Notes under the pieces: model-generated
What the model saw: only the letters and a program-made list of their open reading frames with translations
What the model was told of the DNA's origin: nothing
Database searches by the model: none
Shown: positions 47,630 to 56,962 of the stretch, piece by piece
Position numbering within the stretch: the first letter of the stretch is position 1
How the letters are laid out: every line of letters begins with the position of its first letter
Made by a program: the position numbers and the translations under genes
DNA from: an uncultured Spirochaetota bacterium
Lineage (GTDB): Bacteria; Spirochaetota; Spirochaetia; SZUA-6; Fen-1364
Assembly: GCA_963734545.1 (NCBI GenBank)
Contig: CAVTHO010000009.1
Coordinates: forward strand, 96,001 to 160,000
Direction: 5' to 3'
Length of the DNA: 64,000 nucleotides

Positions 47630-48466
47630 ATGGAAGGCCAGAAGGCAGCCAGGGGCACGGCGCTGGTCACCGGCGCCTCCCGCGGCATCGGAGGGGCAAT
47701 CGCGCAGGCCCTTGCGGCGGACGGATGGGAAGTGGTTGCCGTCTGCCGCGATCCCGACAGGATCCCCCGCGCACAGAGGGCGGACGCCGTGCGCTACATC
47801 GGCCTCGACCTTGCGGAGAAGCGGAGCGTCGACTCGCTGGTGAAGACCGTGAAGGCGGTGGACGTGCTCGTGAACAATATCGGCGCCAGTCCGATAGGCC
47901 CGGCGGAGGAGGTCCCGATCGATAAGGTACGGGAGCTCTTCGAGCTGAACTTCTTTGCAGCGGTCCGGCTCACGCAGGCGTATCTGCCGGCCATGCGGAA
48001 ACGCGGACGGGGCGCGGTGATCTTCATCGGCTCCATGAGAAGCGAGGCGCCCACGCCTTTCTCTTCATTCTACTCCGCCAGCAAGGCCGCGCTGCGCTCC
48101 TTCTCGGAATGTCTCCGCATGGAGGTGAGAGAGTACGGCATCTCCGTGTCATTGATCGCGCCTTTCTATATCCGCACAACCCTGCCCCAGGAGAGGCAGT
48201 TCGCCCCCGGGTCCCCGTATGCGGCGGCCGTGCGCAGGGTGAAGGAGAGCCGTGACCGCATGATCGCCGGTGCCGCGGAGCCCGCCGAGGTAGCGCGGGT
48301 GGTCCTGAGGATCCTTGCCGCGGGCAGGCCGCGCGCTTTCTATGCCGCGGGTCGGGCCGCGGGGTTGCAGGCGTTTCTGGCGCGCCACCTTCCCCGGCGG
48401 ATCGTGGAAGCGAGCATGGCGCGCAGGTTCAGGCTCAACGGCCCGAAAGAAGAGGGAAAGCCGTGA
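47630..48466 (+). CDS. Short-chain dehydrogenase/reductase
   Basis: TGASRGIG, LVNN, YSASK. Confidence 0.92.
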   Translation: MEGQKAARGTALVTGASRGIGGAIAQALAADGWEVVAVCRDPDRIPRAQRADAVRYIGLDLAEKRSVDSLVKTVKAVDVLVNNIGASPIGPAEEVPIDKVRELFELNFFAAVRLTQAYLPAMRKRGRGAVIFIGSMRSEAPTPFSSFYSASKAALRSFSECLRMEVREYGISVSLIAPFYIRTTLPQERQFAPGSPYAAAVRRVKESRDRMIAGAAEPAEVARVVLRILAAGRPRAFYAAGRAAGLQAFLARHLPRRIVEASMARRFRLNGPKEEGKP

Positions 48467-49491
48467 GAAGGCAGTGCCTCTGGTTCGAGGGGGCCGGGCG
48501 TGTCTCCGTGCGGGAAGAGACGATGGACGGGCCGGGCAGCGGCGAGGTCCTCCTCGAGTCGGTCGTGAGCGCCATTTCGCCCGGTACCGAGATGCTCTTC
48601 TATGGTGGAAAGCTCGAAGAAGGGGCAGCGGTGGACGCGACGATACGGGACTATCGACGCGAGCTTTCCTATCCGCTGCGCTATGGCTATTCCAGCGTCG
48701 GAAGGATCGTGAAGGCGGGTGACGGAGTCGACCCGGCGCTCGTGGGCAGGCTCGCGTTCGCCTTCATGCCGCACGCATCGGCGGCCTGCGTCCCCGTGGA
48801 CCTGGCCGTCCCCGTGCCCGAGGGAATCGATGCCGAGGAAGCCGCATTCCTTGCGACCGCCGAAACCGCGGTCAACCTCGTGCTCGACTGCCGCCCCCTG
48901 CTGGGAGAGCGCGCGAGCGTATTCGGTCTTGGCGTGATCGGTCTTTTCACGGCCGGCCTCCTTTCCCGGTTTCCCCTTGCATGCCTTTCCGGCTGGGACC
49001 TGCACGCGCTTCGCCGGAAGGCGGCGGCAGCATGGGGTGTGAAGGCGGAAGACCCGGAGGAAAAGCCGCCCGGAGTGGGAACAGAGGACTTCGCCGTGGA
49101 GGCAAGCGGGTCATCGGACGGATTCCGTCTTGCCCTGTCTTCCTGCGGATTCAACGGACGGCTGGTAGTCGGCTCCTGGTACGGCAGGGCGGCCCGCGGG
49201 CAGGCCTTCGAAGCTTTCGATACGCTGTTCCACAGGAACCGGGTTCGGATCATTCCCAGCCAGGTGAGCACGATCGATCCGTCCCTGACAGGGCGATGGA
49301 CCCGCGCACGGAGACTGGCCTCCGCATGGGAGGCCATCCGGTCTCTCCGGCCGGGTCGCTTGATCACGCAGCGTGTGCCCTTTGCCCTGGCCGCGGATGC
49401 CTACCGGCTCATCGCCGGCTCCCGGGGCCGGACCATCCAGGTCATGCTCGTGCACGAGAGCGCAGGAATTCCGCCACTCGCGCCCGGATAG
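48463..49491 (+). CDS. MDR-superfamily dehydrogenase lacking canonical Zn ligands
   Basis: SAISPGTE, YPLRYGYSSVG, GLGVIG, VGSWYG, FHRNR..I..SQV. Confidence 0.85.
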   Translation: MRRQCLWFEGAGRVSVREETMDGPGSGEVLLESVVSAISPGTEMLFYGGKLEEGAAVDATIRDYRRELSYPLRYGYSSVGRIVKAGDGVDPALVGRLAFAFMPHASAACVPVDLAVPVPEGIDAEEAAFLATAETAVNLVLDCRPLLGERASVFGLGVIGLFTAGLLSRFPLACLSGWDLHALRRKAAAAWGVKAEDPEEKPPGVGTEDFAVEASGSSDGFRLALSSCGFNGRLVVGSWYGRAARGQAFEAFDTLFHRNRVRIIPSQVSTIDPSLTGRWTRARRLASAWEAIRSLRPGRLITQRVPFALAADAYRLIAGSRGRTIQVMLVHESAGIPPLAPG

Positions 49492-50311
49492 CCGCGGCGC
49501 CTTCGTCTCCCCCGGCGGCCAGCTCCCGACCGGCAAATCCCGGCAGGATGTCCACCCGGACGCGCACCGGCCACGCGCGGGCAAAAAGGGTATGGGCCAC
49601 CGCCTGCAGCATGGCGCCGAATCTCTCCCGGTCCTCCCGCGCTTTTCGAATCAGTGTGAGCGGATTGCCCTGCGCCCGGCGGGAGAGCACCCCGCTCACC
49701 ACTATGGGAATGACGACAGCGTCCGGGACGAACCGCAGGAAAAATGTGGTGCTGGCAGACCATCCGGCAAGGGCTTCCACGGCCCCCGGAAGCACCGAGG
49801 GGTCCGGCTCGATCTCACCGGCCGGGAAGGTAAGCAGCGCGCCGCCGGTGCGCAGGTGGCTGATGGAGCTGCGCAGGGCTTCCCGCCGCCTCTCCTGCTG
49901 TTCGGGGAGGAAAAAAAGGGAGCGCGAGGCAGCGGGAAGCGCGCGCAGGAATGGGCGGTCCGCCGCGAGGATCCTGAGATCCGGCCGCGGGATGGCAGCG
50001 CAGAGGCACACGGTATCGGTCATTCCCGGATGGTTGGAGAGCAGAATCACCGGACCGGTCTCCGGAATCCGCTCCGCGCCGGTGATCACGAAGTCCCGCA
50101 CGTACGCGGAGATGATGATCGGCGCCGCCTCGCGGAGACTGGACGCCACGACTGCGTCGTCGAACTCCACCAGCCGCCGGGCCAGCACGCGCGCCGGATG
50201 CCGGAAGGCGAGCTCGAGGCTCCGGCGAAAGACGCGCAGATTGCTCAGGCCCAGGGCGGAGAGGATATCGAGCGTGTTGATGGCGATGAGGTCCCGTTCC
50301 CGCGCGTCCAT
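49442..50311 (-). CDS. PlsC-like glycerolipid acyltransferase
   Basis: NHPGMTD (HX4D) and FPAG motifs. Confidence 0.82.
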   Translation of the reverse strand: MDARERDLIAINTLDILSALGLSNLRVFRRSLELAFRHPARVLARRLVEFDDAVVASSLREAAPIIISAYVRDFVITGAERIPETGPVILLSNHPGMTDTVCLCAAIPRPDLRILAADRPFLRALPAASRSLFFLPEQQERRREALRSSISHLRTGGALLTFPAGEIEPDPSVLPGAVEALAGWSASTTFFLRFVPDAVVIPIVVSGVLSRRAQGNPLTLIRKAREDRERFGAMLQAVAHTLFARAWPVRVRVDILPGFAGRELAAGGDEGAAAIRARVAEFLRSRARA

Positions 50312-50445
50312 GCTTTCGCCGGCACGGTAGCACAGACCGCGCGCGGCTGCAATTCACACGAATGTCACGGAGGACCGCGGTCACCGTATTCGGTGACATT
50401 CGTGACCGGCTTGCGCGCGAGCCGGCACATGCGTACATTGCACGC

Positions 50446-50829
50446 ATGTTTCGCCTGTGCTTCCAGCGCGCTTTCACGGCCCGGCACTTTCTCACGGGCG
50501 GCAACTGGGGTGCCGAGAATGCGCCCCACCCGCACCGCTACCGAATCGAGTGGGAGCTGCGCGCGCAGGAGCTGGACGCGCACGGCTACCTCGTCGACCT
50601 GGTTGAAGTCGAGCGCAGCCTCGGGGACGTGCTCGGCAGGTACCGCGGCGCCCTGCTGAACGACCTGCCGGAGTTCGCGGGGCTCAACCCATCGCTGGAA
50701 CGTTTTGCGAAGCTGCTGTGGGACCGGCTCTCCGCCTCGCTCCGTCCCGGTGTGAGCTGCGCCGTGCGCTTGTGGGAAAACGAATCCGCCTGGGCGGGCT
50801 ACGACGGGACCATGCCCGGTCCGGGCTGA
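50446..50829 (+). CDS. 6-pyruvoyl-tetrahydropterin synthase / QueD-like (COG0720) protein
   Basis: FTARHFL, ENAPHPHRY, LNDLPEF, NPSLE, LWENE. Confidence 0.85.
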   Translation: MFRLCFQRAFTARHFLTGGNWGAENAPHPHRYRIEWELRAQELDAHGYLVDLVEVERSLGDVLGRYRGALLNDLPEFAGLNPSLERFAKLLWDRLSASLRPGVSCAVRLWENESAWAGYDGTMPGPG

Positions 50830-50839
50830 GCCGCGTTCA

Positions 50840-51940
50840 ATGCGCGTCGGGCTCGTGATCTATGGGGAACTCTCGACAGCCTCGGGTGGTTTCCTCTATG
50901 ACCGGATGCTGGTGGACGCGCTCCGTCGCGGGGGAGATACCGTCGACGTGATTTCCCTGCCGTGGAGGAGCTACGGCAGGTGCCTCCTTCAGAATCTGGA
51001 CAGGGGGCTTCGCGCGGCCCTCCTCGCATGGACCGGAGACCTGCTGCTGCAGGACGAGCTGAACCACCCCTCCCTCATTCTTTTCAACAGGGCGCTTACT
51101 CGCCCTCGTGCGGCGCCGGTGATCTCGATCGTGCATCACCTGAGATCCTCCGAGCAGAACCCCGCCTTTGCGCGCGGCGTGTACCGCCGTGTCGAGCGCG
51201 CGTACCTGCTGTCCGTCGATGGATTCATCTTCAACAGCCACGCCACCCGCGGAAGCGTCGAGCGGCTGATCGGTCGTCCTGTCCAGGGGATCGTCGCCAC
51301 TCCCGGCGGAGACAGGCTGGGTCCCCTGCCGACAGAGGAGGAGGTGCTGCGCCGGTGCAGCGAGAAAGGGCCTCTCCGGGTGCTCTTCGTGGGAAACATC
51401 ATCCCGCGCAAAGGGCTCATCAGCGTCGTCGACGCATTGGGGCAGGTCCCTTCTCACCTCTGGAGGCTGACCGTCGCCGGCTCGCCCGAAATGAATCCCC
51501 GCTACGCGGCGGAGGTCGGCCGCGCCGTTGCCGCGCGCGGCCTGCGAAACAATGTGTGCATGGCCGGCCGGCTCGATGACGCCCGGCTCGCTGAAGCCTA
51601 CAGGACGCATCACGTCCTCGCGGTGCCCAGCCTGTACGAGGGATTCGGCATCGTCTACCTCGAGGCAATGGGTTTCGGCGTTGTTCCCATAGGCTCCCGG
51701 ACCGGCGGCGCAGCCGAGGTGATCGAACACGGCAGATCCGGCTGCCTTGTGCCTCCGGATGATTCGCGCGCGCTTGCGGACGCCATTGCCGGCCTGGCCA
51801 TTGACCGTGCCTTTCTGCGTGACCTGGCCCTGGAGGCCCGCCGGCGTTTCCGCACGTTTCCCGGATGGGAGTCAGGCATGACCGCGCTGCGGGAGGACCT
51901 CCACGACATGGCCAGGCGCAAGGGAGACCGGCATGGATGA
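50840..51940 (+). CDS. GT4 glycosyltransferase
   Basis: SGGFLYD, FVGNIIPRKG, PSLYEGFGIVYLEAM. Confidence 0.92.
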   Translation: MRVGLVIYGELSTASGGFLYDRMLVDALRRGGDTVDVISLPWRSYGRCLLQNLDRGLRAALLAWTGDLLLQDELNHPSLILFNRALTRPRAAPVISIVHHLRSSEQNPAFARGVYRRVERAYLLSVDGFIFNSHATRGSVERLIGRPVQGIVATPGGDRLGPLPTEEEVLRRCSEKGPLRVLFVGNIIPRKGLISVVDALGQVPSHLWRLTVAGSPEMNPRYAAEVGRAVAARGLRNNVCMAGRLDDARLAEAYRTHHVLAVPSLYEGFGIVYLEAMGFGVVPIGSRTGGAAEVIEHGRSGCLVPPDDSRALADAIAGLAIDRAFLRDLALEARRRFRTFPGWESGMTALREDLHDMARRKGDRHG

Positions 51941-52832
51941 CGAAACCTTCATCCGCTACCTGGCCTCGAAAAGGTCCGTGGACGACCGGGCGTTGAACCG
52001 GGGCGTCTGGGATGCAATGATCGCGGCTGCCCGGGACCTGTCCGCACGCCCGCCGATTTTTCGACATGCCCCGGGGGGCGGTGCCCAGGTGGACGGTCCC
52101 CGGGTGCTCGAGCTCGGCGGCGGCATCGGCACAATGGTGGATCGGGTTACGGAGGAAGGCCGGCTTCTGCCCGCATCGTGGACCATGATCGACTCGCAGC
52201 CCGCGCTGATTGCCAGGGCGCGCCAGAGGCTTGCACACACGGCTCCCTTTCCCCTCGAGCTGCTTGCCACCGAACTCGATGCCTATCTCGCAACGCCATT
52301 TCGGCCGTTTGACCTGGTGATCGCCAACGCTTTCCTCGACCTGCTGGATCCTCCCCGCGCGCTCCCCGGAATTGCCGGACTATGCAGGCCGGGGGGGCTC
52401 GTCCTCTTCTCGATCACGTTCGACGGGCTCACGGTGCTCGAACCGGAGATCGATCGCGACCTGGACGCCACAATCGTAGCGCTCTACCACCGCACCATGG
52501 ACGAGCGCACTGCGGGCGGGGAGAGATCAGGGGACAGCCGGTGCGGAAGGCATCTTCTCACCCTGCTGCCCCGGTGCGGCTACCGGATCGTCGCGGCTGG
52601 CTCGTCGGACTGGATCGTTCATCCGCGCAACGGGGAGTATCCCGCGGACGAGCGCTTCTTCCTGAGCTGCATCCTAGGATTCTTCGAGGAATCCCTTTCC
52701 GCAAGAGCCGAGCTCGATCGGACAACCCTTGACCGGTGGCTGCGCGCGCGGCGTGCGCAGCTTGCAGAAGGCGAGCTCGTGTTCCTGGCGCACCAGCTGG
52801 ACGTGCTCGCATCCGTGGAAGCTCGTTCGTGA
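51933..52832 (+). CDS. Class I SAM-dependent methyltransferase-like protein
   Basis: YLASKRSVDDRALN, VLELGGGIG, DLVIANAFLD, ITFDG. Confidence 0.85.
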   Translation: MDDETFIRYLASKRSVDDRALNRGVWDAMIAAARDLSARPPIFRHAPGGGAQVDGPRVLELGGGIGTMVDRVTEEGRLLPASWTMIDSQPALIARARQRLAHTAPFPLELLATELDAYLATPFRPFDLVIANAFLDLLDPPRALPGIAGLCRPGGLVLFSITFDGLTVLEPEIDRDLDATIVALYHRTMDERTAGGERSGDSRCGRHLLTLLPRCGYRIVAAGSSDWIVHPRNGEYPADERFFLSCILGFFEESLSARAELDRTTLDRWLRARRAQLAEGELVFLAHQLDVLASVEARS

Positions 52833-54157
52833 CGGATACCGGCGCTCCGGTCGTGATGCTGGCAAGCGGGACCCAGGGCGATGTGCAGCCGTTTCTCGCT
52901 CTCGCGCTGGGCCTGCGCAGGGCCGGCATTCCTTCGGTGATCGCCGCTGCTCCCCGGTATCGATCCCTCGTCGAAACGAGGAACATCGGATTCTCCGCGC
53001 TGGAAGGCAACCCGAGCGATCTCATGGCAGGTTCCGGATCCATGGCCGCGACCCTGAGCAGCGGAGCGGCGCAGGGAATCGCATCCACCGCCCGGTTTCT
53101 GCGCGCGGCCCAGTCAGAGTACCGGCGCATGCTCGAATCGGCGGCTGCGGCCTGCAGACCGGCGCGCGCAATCCTTGCAGGCCTGCCCTCCACCTGGGGT
53201 TTTTCCATAGCGGAAGCCCTCGGGGTCCCCTGCATCCTCTGCATGCTGCAGCCCTTTGGCCGAACGCGCGCCCTTCCCTCGGCGCTCCTGCCCGCGCGCA
53301 GGTCCCTCGGACACTGGTACAACCTGTTGAGCTACCGCGTCATCGAGCAGGCTATGTGGCTGCCCTGGCGGCGCGTCACGAATGCCTGGCGTCGGCAGAC
53401 GCTGGGGCTGCCGGCACTCCCGATGGCAGGACCCTGGCAGCGGATGTACGCTTCCGGGTTCTCCTGCCTCTATGGATTCAGCCCCGCGATACTTCAGGCC
53501 CCGGTCGACTGGCCTCCCGCCCACGTCATCACGGGCTTCTGGTTCCTCGAAGAAGAGCCCGTTTGGACGCCCCGTCCCGCCCTGGAGCGGTTCCTTTCCC
53601 TCCACGATCCGGCGTTGTACATCGGGTTCGGGAGCATGGGAACGAATCACGCCCGCAGAGTGCTTCGAGTTGTCGAGGCCGCCCTCGAGCTGAGCGGGCT
53701 GCGCGCCGTGGTTTCTCCCGGCAGTCATTCCCTCGGCCTGAGGTCGGAAGATCCGCGCCGAATCTTCTTCGAGGAAGAGGTCCCTCACGCCTGGCTCTTC
53801 CCGCGGACCGCGGCCGTCATGCACCACGGCGGCGCGGGCACGACCGCCGAGGGCCTGCGCGCCGGAGTTCCCTCACTCATCTACCCCGGGGCCGCGGACC
53901 AGTACTTCTGGGCCGAGCGGATCGCGAGGCTCGGCGCGGGCCCGCGCCCGGTGGGCCGAGCCGACCTGACGCCTGCCGGCCTGGCGCGACTTTTCACGCG
54001 CGTGGCGACGGATCGGGCGATGAGGGAACGGGCCCGGCTCATCGGGGAGAGAATTCGAGCGGAGAACGGCGTGGAGAGGGCGGTTGAAGAGCTGCTGCCG
54101 CTGCTCGGCGGCAGCAGTCTACGCGGGCCCCGTCCCGCCTCGCCTGCTCGAGAGTGA
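52829..54157 (+). CDS. GT1 glycosyltransferase (sterol 3-beta-glucosyltransferase-like)
   Basis: GTQGDVQPF, YIGFGSM, PHAWLFP, HHGGAGTT, DQYFW. Confidence 0.92.
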   Translation: MTDTGAPVVMLASGTQGDVQPFLALALGLRRAGIPSVIAAAPRYRSLVETRNIGFSALEGNPSDLMAGSGSMAATLSSGAAQGIASTARFLRAAQSEYRRMLESAAAACRPARAILAGLPSTWGFSIAEALGVPCILCMLQPFGRTRALPSALLPARRSLGHWYNLLSYRVIEQAMWLPWRRVTNAWRRQTLGLPALPMAGPWQRMYASGFSCLYGFSPAILQAPVDWPPAHVITGFWFLEEEPVWTPRPALERFLSLHDPALYIGFGSMGTNHARRVLRVVEAALELSGLRAVVSPGSHSLGLRSEDPRRIFFEEEVPHAWLFPRTAAVMHHGGAGTTAEGLRAGVPSLIYPGAADQYFWAERIARLGAGPRPVGRADLTPAGLARLFTRVATDRAMRERARLIGERIRAENGVERAVEELLPLLGGSSLRGPRPASPARE

Positions 54158-55330
54158 CACTATCGCGAAGCCGGCCGCGGCAAATCCGGCGCCCATCCAG
54201 TAGGGAGCCGGCGGGCCGAATGCCTGGTGGGCAGCGCCTGCGAGCCCGGGCCCTGCTATCAGGCACGCGCTCAGAACCGACTGCACGCCTCCCATGACCC
54301 GGCCCACCCCTGCTTCCGGAGCGCTGTGCGCCACAAGACTCATGAGGGATGGAATCCCGAGGCCTGTCCCTATGGCAACCACGCCGAGGAGCGGAAAGAG
54401 CATCCAGCCTGCCGGCGCGATGGCGGCAAATGGAAACATCACCACGGCCGCCGCCGCTCCGATCGATGCAAGCCTCGCTTCTCCCACCCGCGGCGCGACG
54501 CGTCCCACGAGGAATCCCTGGGTGAGCACCGCGCAGGCTCCTATGAACGTGAAGAACAACCCGTTGGCGGAAGGCGTCCAGCCGAACCGTGCCTGGCTGA
54601 AAAGAGGAAATGTCAGGGGCAGGCCGGAGAAGGAGAGGTTCAGCGCGGCAAGCGTGAGAAGAAACGGCCTGAGAGTGGGGCGGCGAAAGACATCTATGAG
54701 GGCGCTGACCGGATTTATACGGAGATTCTGCCGGTCAGCCGTCAATCGATCTGGACGGTGGAAATCCCTGATGGCGAAAAACCCGAAGAGGGCATTCCCC
54801 AGCGCGATGCCGCTCGCGGCGAACGCGGGAATCCGCAGACCGCGGGCCCCGAGAAATCCCCCGAGCAACGGGCCCGCAGCCACTCCCAGTCCGACGGCAG
54901 CACCCGCCAGACCCAGCCAGCGCGTGCGGTCGGAAGGTCCTGCGCCGTCGGTGATGTAGGCCTGGGCGGTCGCGAAGCTCCCTCCCACGAGGCCGCCGAA
55001 GGCCACTGCGGCGAACAGCACGGCAAGGGACCCGGCAAGGCCGATACCCAGGTAAGCGACGAAGCTGCCGAGCAGGCAGGCCACCAGGACCGGCCTCCTG
55101 CCGTGCCGATCCGCGAATGATCCGATCACGGGGGCCCCGATGACCTGCATGACGGCATACGCGGAGCCGAGGGCCCCGGCAAGCAACGCGCCGCCGGCAT
55201 GGCGCTGGACGTACAGCGGCAGAAGCGGTGCGACCATTCCGAACCCGGCCATATCGAGGAAGATCGTGACGAGGATGAACGCCAGGCGCGGTTTCGGCAT
55301 GAACGCCGGCGGATTTCCGAAGCTCTGCAT
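54119..55330 (-). CDS. TetA-like MFS efflux transporter
   Basis: TIFLDMAGFG, GSFADRHGRRPVL, AQAYITD, GPLLGG. Confidence 0.88.
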   Translation of the reverse strand: MQSFGNPPAFMPKPRLAFILVTIFLDMAGFGMVAPLLPLYVQRHAGGALLAGALGSAYAVMQVIGAPVIGSFADRHGRRPVLVACLLGSFVAYLGIGLAGSLAVLFAAVAFGGLVGGSFATAQAYITDGAGPSDRTRWLGLAGAAVGLGVAAGPLLGGFLGARGLRIPAFAASGIALGNALFGFFAIRDFHRPDRLTADRQNLRINPVSALIDVFRRPTLRPFLLTLAALNLSFSGLPLTFPLFSQARFGWTPSANGLFFTFIGACAVLTQGFLVGRVAPRVGEARLASIGAAAAVVMFPFAAIAPAGWMLFPLLGVVAIGTGLGIPSLMSLVAHSAPEAGVGRVMGGVQSVLSACLIAGPGLAGAAHQAFGPPAPYWMGAGFAAAGFAIVSLSSRRGGTGPA

Positions 55331-55386
55331 CCCCCCCATGCGTACATCGTCTTGCACCATTCTGCAACCCCCGGCACAATCAGGGT

Positions 55387-56337
55387 GTGCCAGGCGGTCA
55401 TGAACGGGAAAGCGCGGGCCACGCCTCCGCGGTACGGGCCTACTACGAGAGCAACACGCGGCTCTTTCTTGCGCTCGGCATCGGCAGGCGGACGCTCGCC
55501 ATCCGGCGGGCCGTGTGGGCGGATGGGGTGGATGATCTCGCCGCGGCCGTGAACTACGTAAACGGCCTTGTTGCGGCCGAAGCGAGGCTGGCCGCGACAA
55601 AGGACGGCGCGCTTCGGATTCTCGATATCGGCTGCGGTGTCGGAGGCAGCCTGCTCTTCCTTGCCGGCGCGGTGAATACGCCGCTCCAGGGGATCGGCGT
55701 CACCATCAGCCCGCGGCAAGCCGTCATTGCACGAAGACAGGCGCGCATCCGGGGGCTTTCCTCAAGGTGCTCTTTCATCGCGGCGGATTTCGCGCGCCTC
55801 ACCGGTCTTCCCCGGTTCCCTCTCTCCTTCGCCATCGAGTCATTCGTCCATTTCACCGCGCCGGCAGAGTTCTTCACCGCGGCGGCAAGATCGCTTGCGC
55901 CGGGAGGACGTCTGATGGTGATCGACGATTTCCTCGCCGGTGACCGGCATTCGCCCAGGGAACGCGGGCTTGTCAGTGCCTTCCGGCAGGGGTGGCTTCT
56001 GCCTTCGCTCTGCACGGTCAGGCGCGCGGTCCAGTGCGGCGCTGAATGCGGCATGCGCCTGGTGGAAGATCGCGACCTGAGCAGTTTCCTTTCCCGAAAA
56101 CCCGCAGGCTCGCGGATAGGAAAACCCGCAGGCTCGCGGATGGGAAAACCCGCAGGCTCGCGGATGGGAAAACCCGCAAGCTCGCGGATGGGTTGGTGGG
56201 CCGTGCGCGTCATGCGCGCGCTTCCCGTGCCGTGGCCTTACTGGAGAAGCACGATGGGAAGCCTCGCCCTGGAAGCCTGCAGGCGGGCAGGGCTGGTCGA
56301 ATACCATGTCCTCGTGTTCGAGAACCAGCGGGCATGA
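55387..56337 (+). CDS. SAM-dependent methyltransferase (sterol/tocopherol MTase-like) with repeat insertion
   Basis: VRAYYE, ILDIGCGVGG, GVTISPRQ, AIESFVH, LAPGG. Confidence 0.82.
   Translation: MPGGHERESAGHASAVRAYYESNTRLFLALGIGRRTLAIRRAVWADGVDDLAAAVNYVNGLVAAEARLAATKDGALRILDIGCGVGGSLLFLAGAVNTPLQGIGVTISPRQAVIARRQARIRGLSSRCSFIAADFARLTGLPRFPLSFAIESFVHFTAPAEFFTAAARSLAPGGRLMVIDDFLAGDRHSPRERGLVSAFRQGWLLPSLCTVRRAVQCGAECGMRLVEDRDLSSFLSRKPAGSRIGKPAGSRMGKPAGSRMGKPASSRMGWWAVRVMRALPVPWPYWRSTMGSLALEACRRAGLVEYHVLVFENQRA
56096..56191 (+). repeat. 24-bp tandem repeat x4 (coding VNTR, KPAGSRMG)
   Basis: GAAAACCCGCAGGCTCGCGGATGG x4 with only two substitutions. Confidence 0.95.
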
Positions 56338-56338
56338 C

Positions 56339-56962
56339 ATGCGCCGCCTCATGACGGCAGCAGCCTGGAGCGGAATAGCAGGGCCGATCCTCTTCGCCGG
56401 CGCGCTGGCCGTCCTCTCATTCGTGGAGCAGGACTTCATGCGCACCCTTGGCTGGGAGCCGCTCACCGCGGCCACTCGTGACTGGCCCAGCGGCCTGGCC
56501 CTGGGTCCCGGGGGCATTGTCATGACCGCGGCGTTCGTCGCATGCGGGCTGCTCCTCGTGCTCTTCGCGGCCGGACTCCGGCGGGCGTTTCCTGCCGCCC
56601 CCGTCTCGGCCCTTGCCGCTATTTTCATGGCCCTGGCTGGATTGGCCATGAGCTTTCTCGCGTTCTCCACCGACCCCACGAACAGCCAGGGACCCGCCAC
56701 CCTGCACGGCCGCATCCACGATGCGGCCTTTATTGCTCTCGGTGCAACGCTTCTTGTATCGCTCGTGGCCTTTGGTTTCGTATTCCGCACGGACAGGAAG
56801 TGGAGCGCGAATGCGGTCATCTCGTGGGTGACGGCGGCGTTGATCGTCCCGTCATTCACGGCCAAGGGAATCGTCTTCTACTTCTTTCTTGCCTCGTACC
56901 TGGTCTGGTGTGAGGCGGCTGCCGTCCGCCTCCTGCGACGCATCGGCGCTCCGCCTACTTGA
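56339..56962 (+). CDS. DUF998-like membrane protein
   Basis: SGLALGPGG, FSTDP...TLHGRIH; 5-6 TM segments. Confidence 0.72.
   Translation: MRRLMTAAAWSGIAGPILFAGALAVLSFVEQDFMRTLGWEPLTAATRDWPSGLALGPGGIVMTAAFVACGLLLVLFAAGLRRAFPAAPVSALAAIFMALAGLAMSFLAFSTDPTNSQGPATLHGRIHDAAFIALGATLLVSLVAFGFVFRTDRKWSANAVISWVTAALIVPSFTAKGIVFYFFLASYLVWCEAAAVRLLRRIGAPPT

Noticed and set aside
54119-55330. Tetracycline resistance gene
   Set aside because: Only family-level MFS motifs; no tetR or mobile context.
56096-56191. Possible CRISPR array
   Set aside because: Units are contiguous with no spacers, lie in frame inside a CDS, and no cas genes are present.
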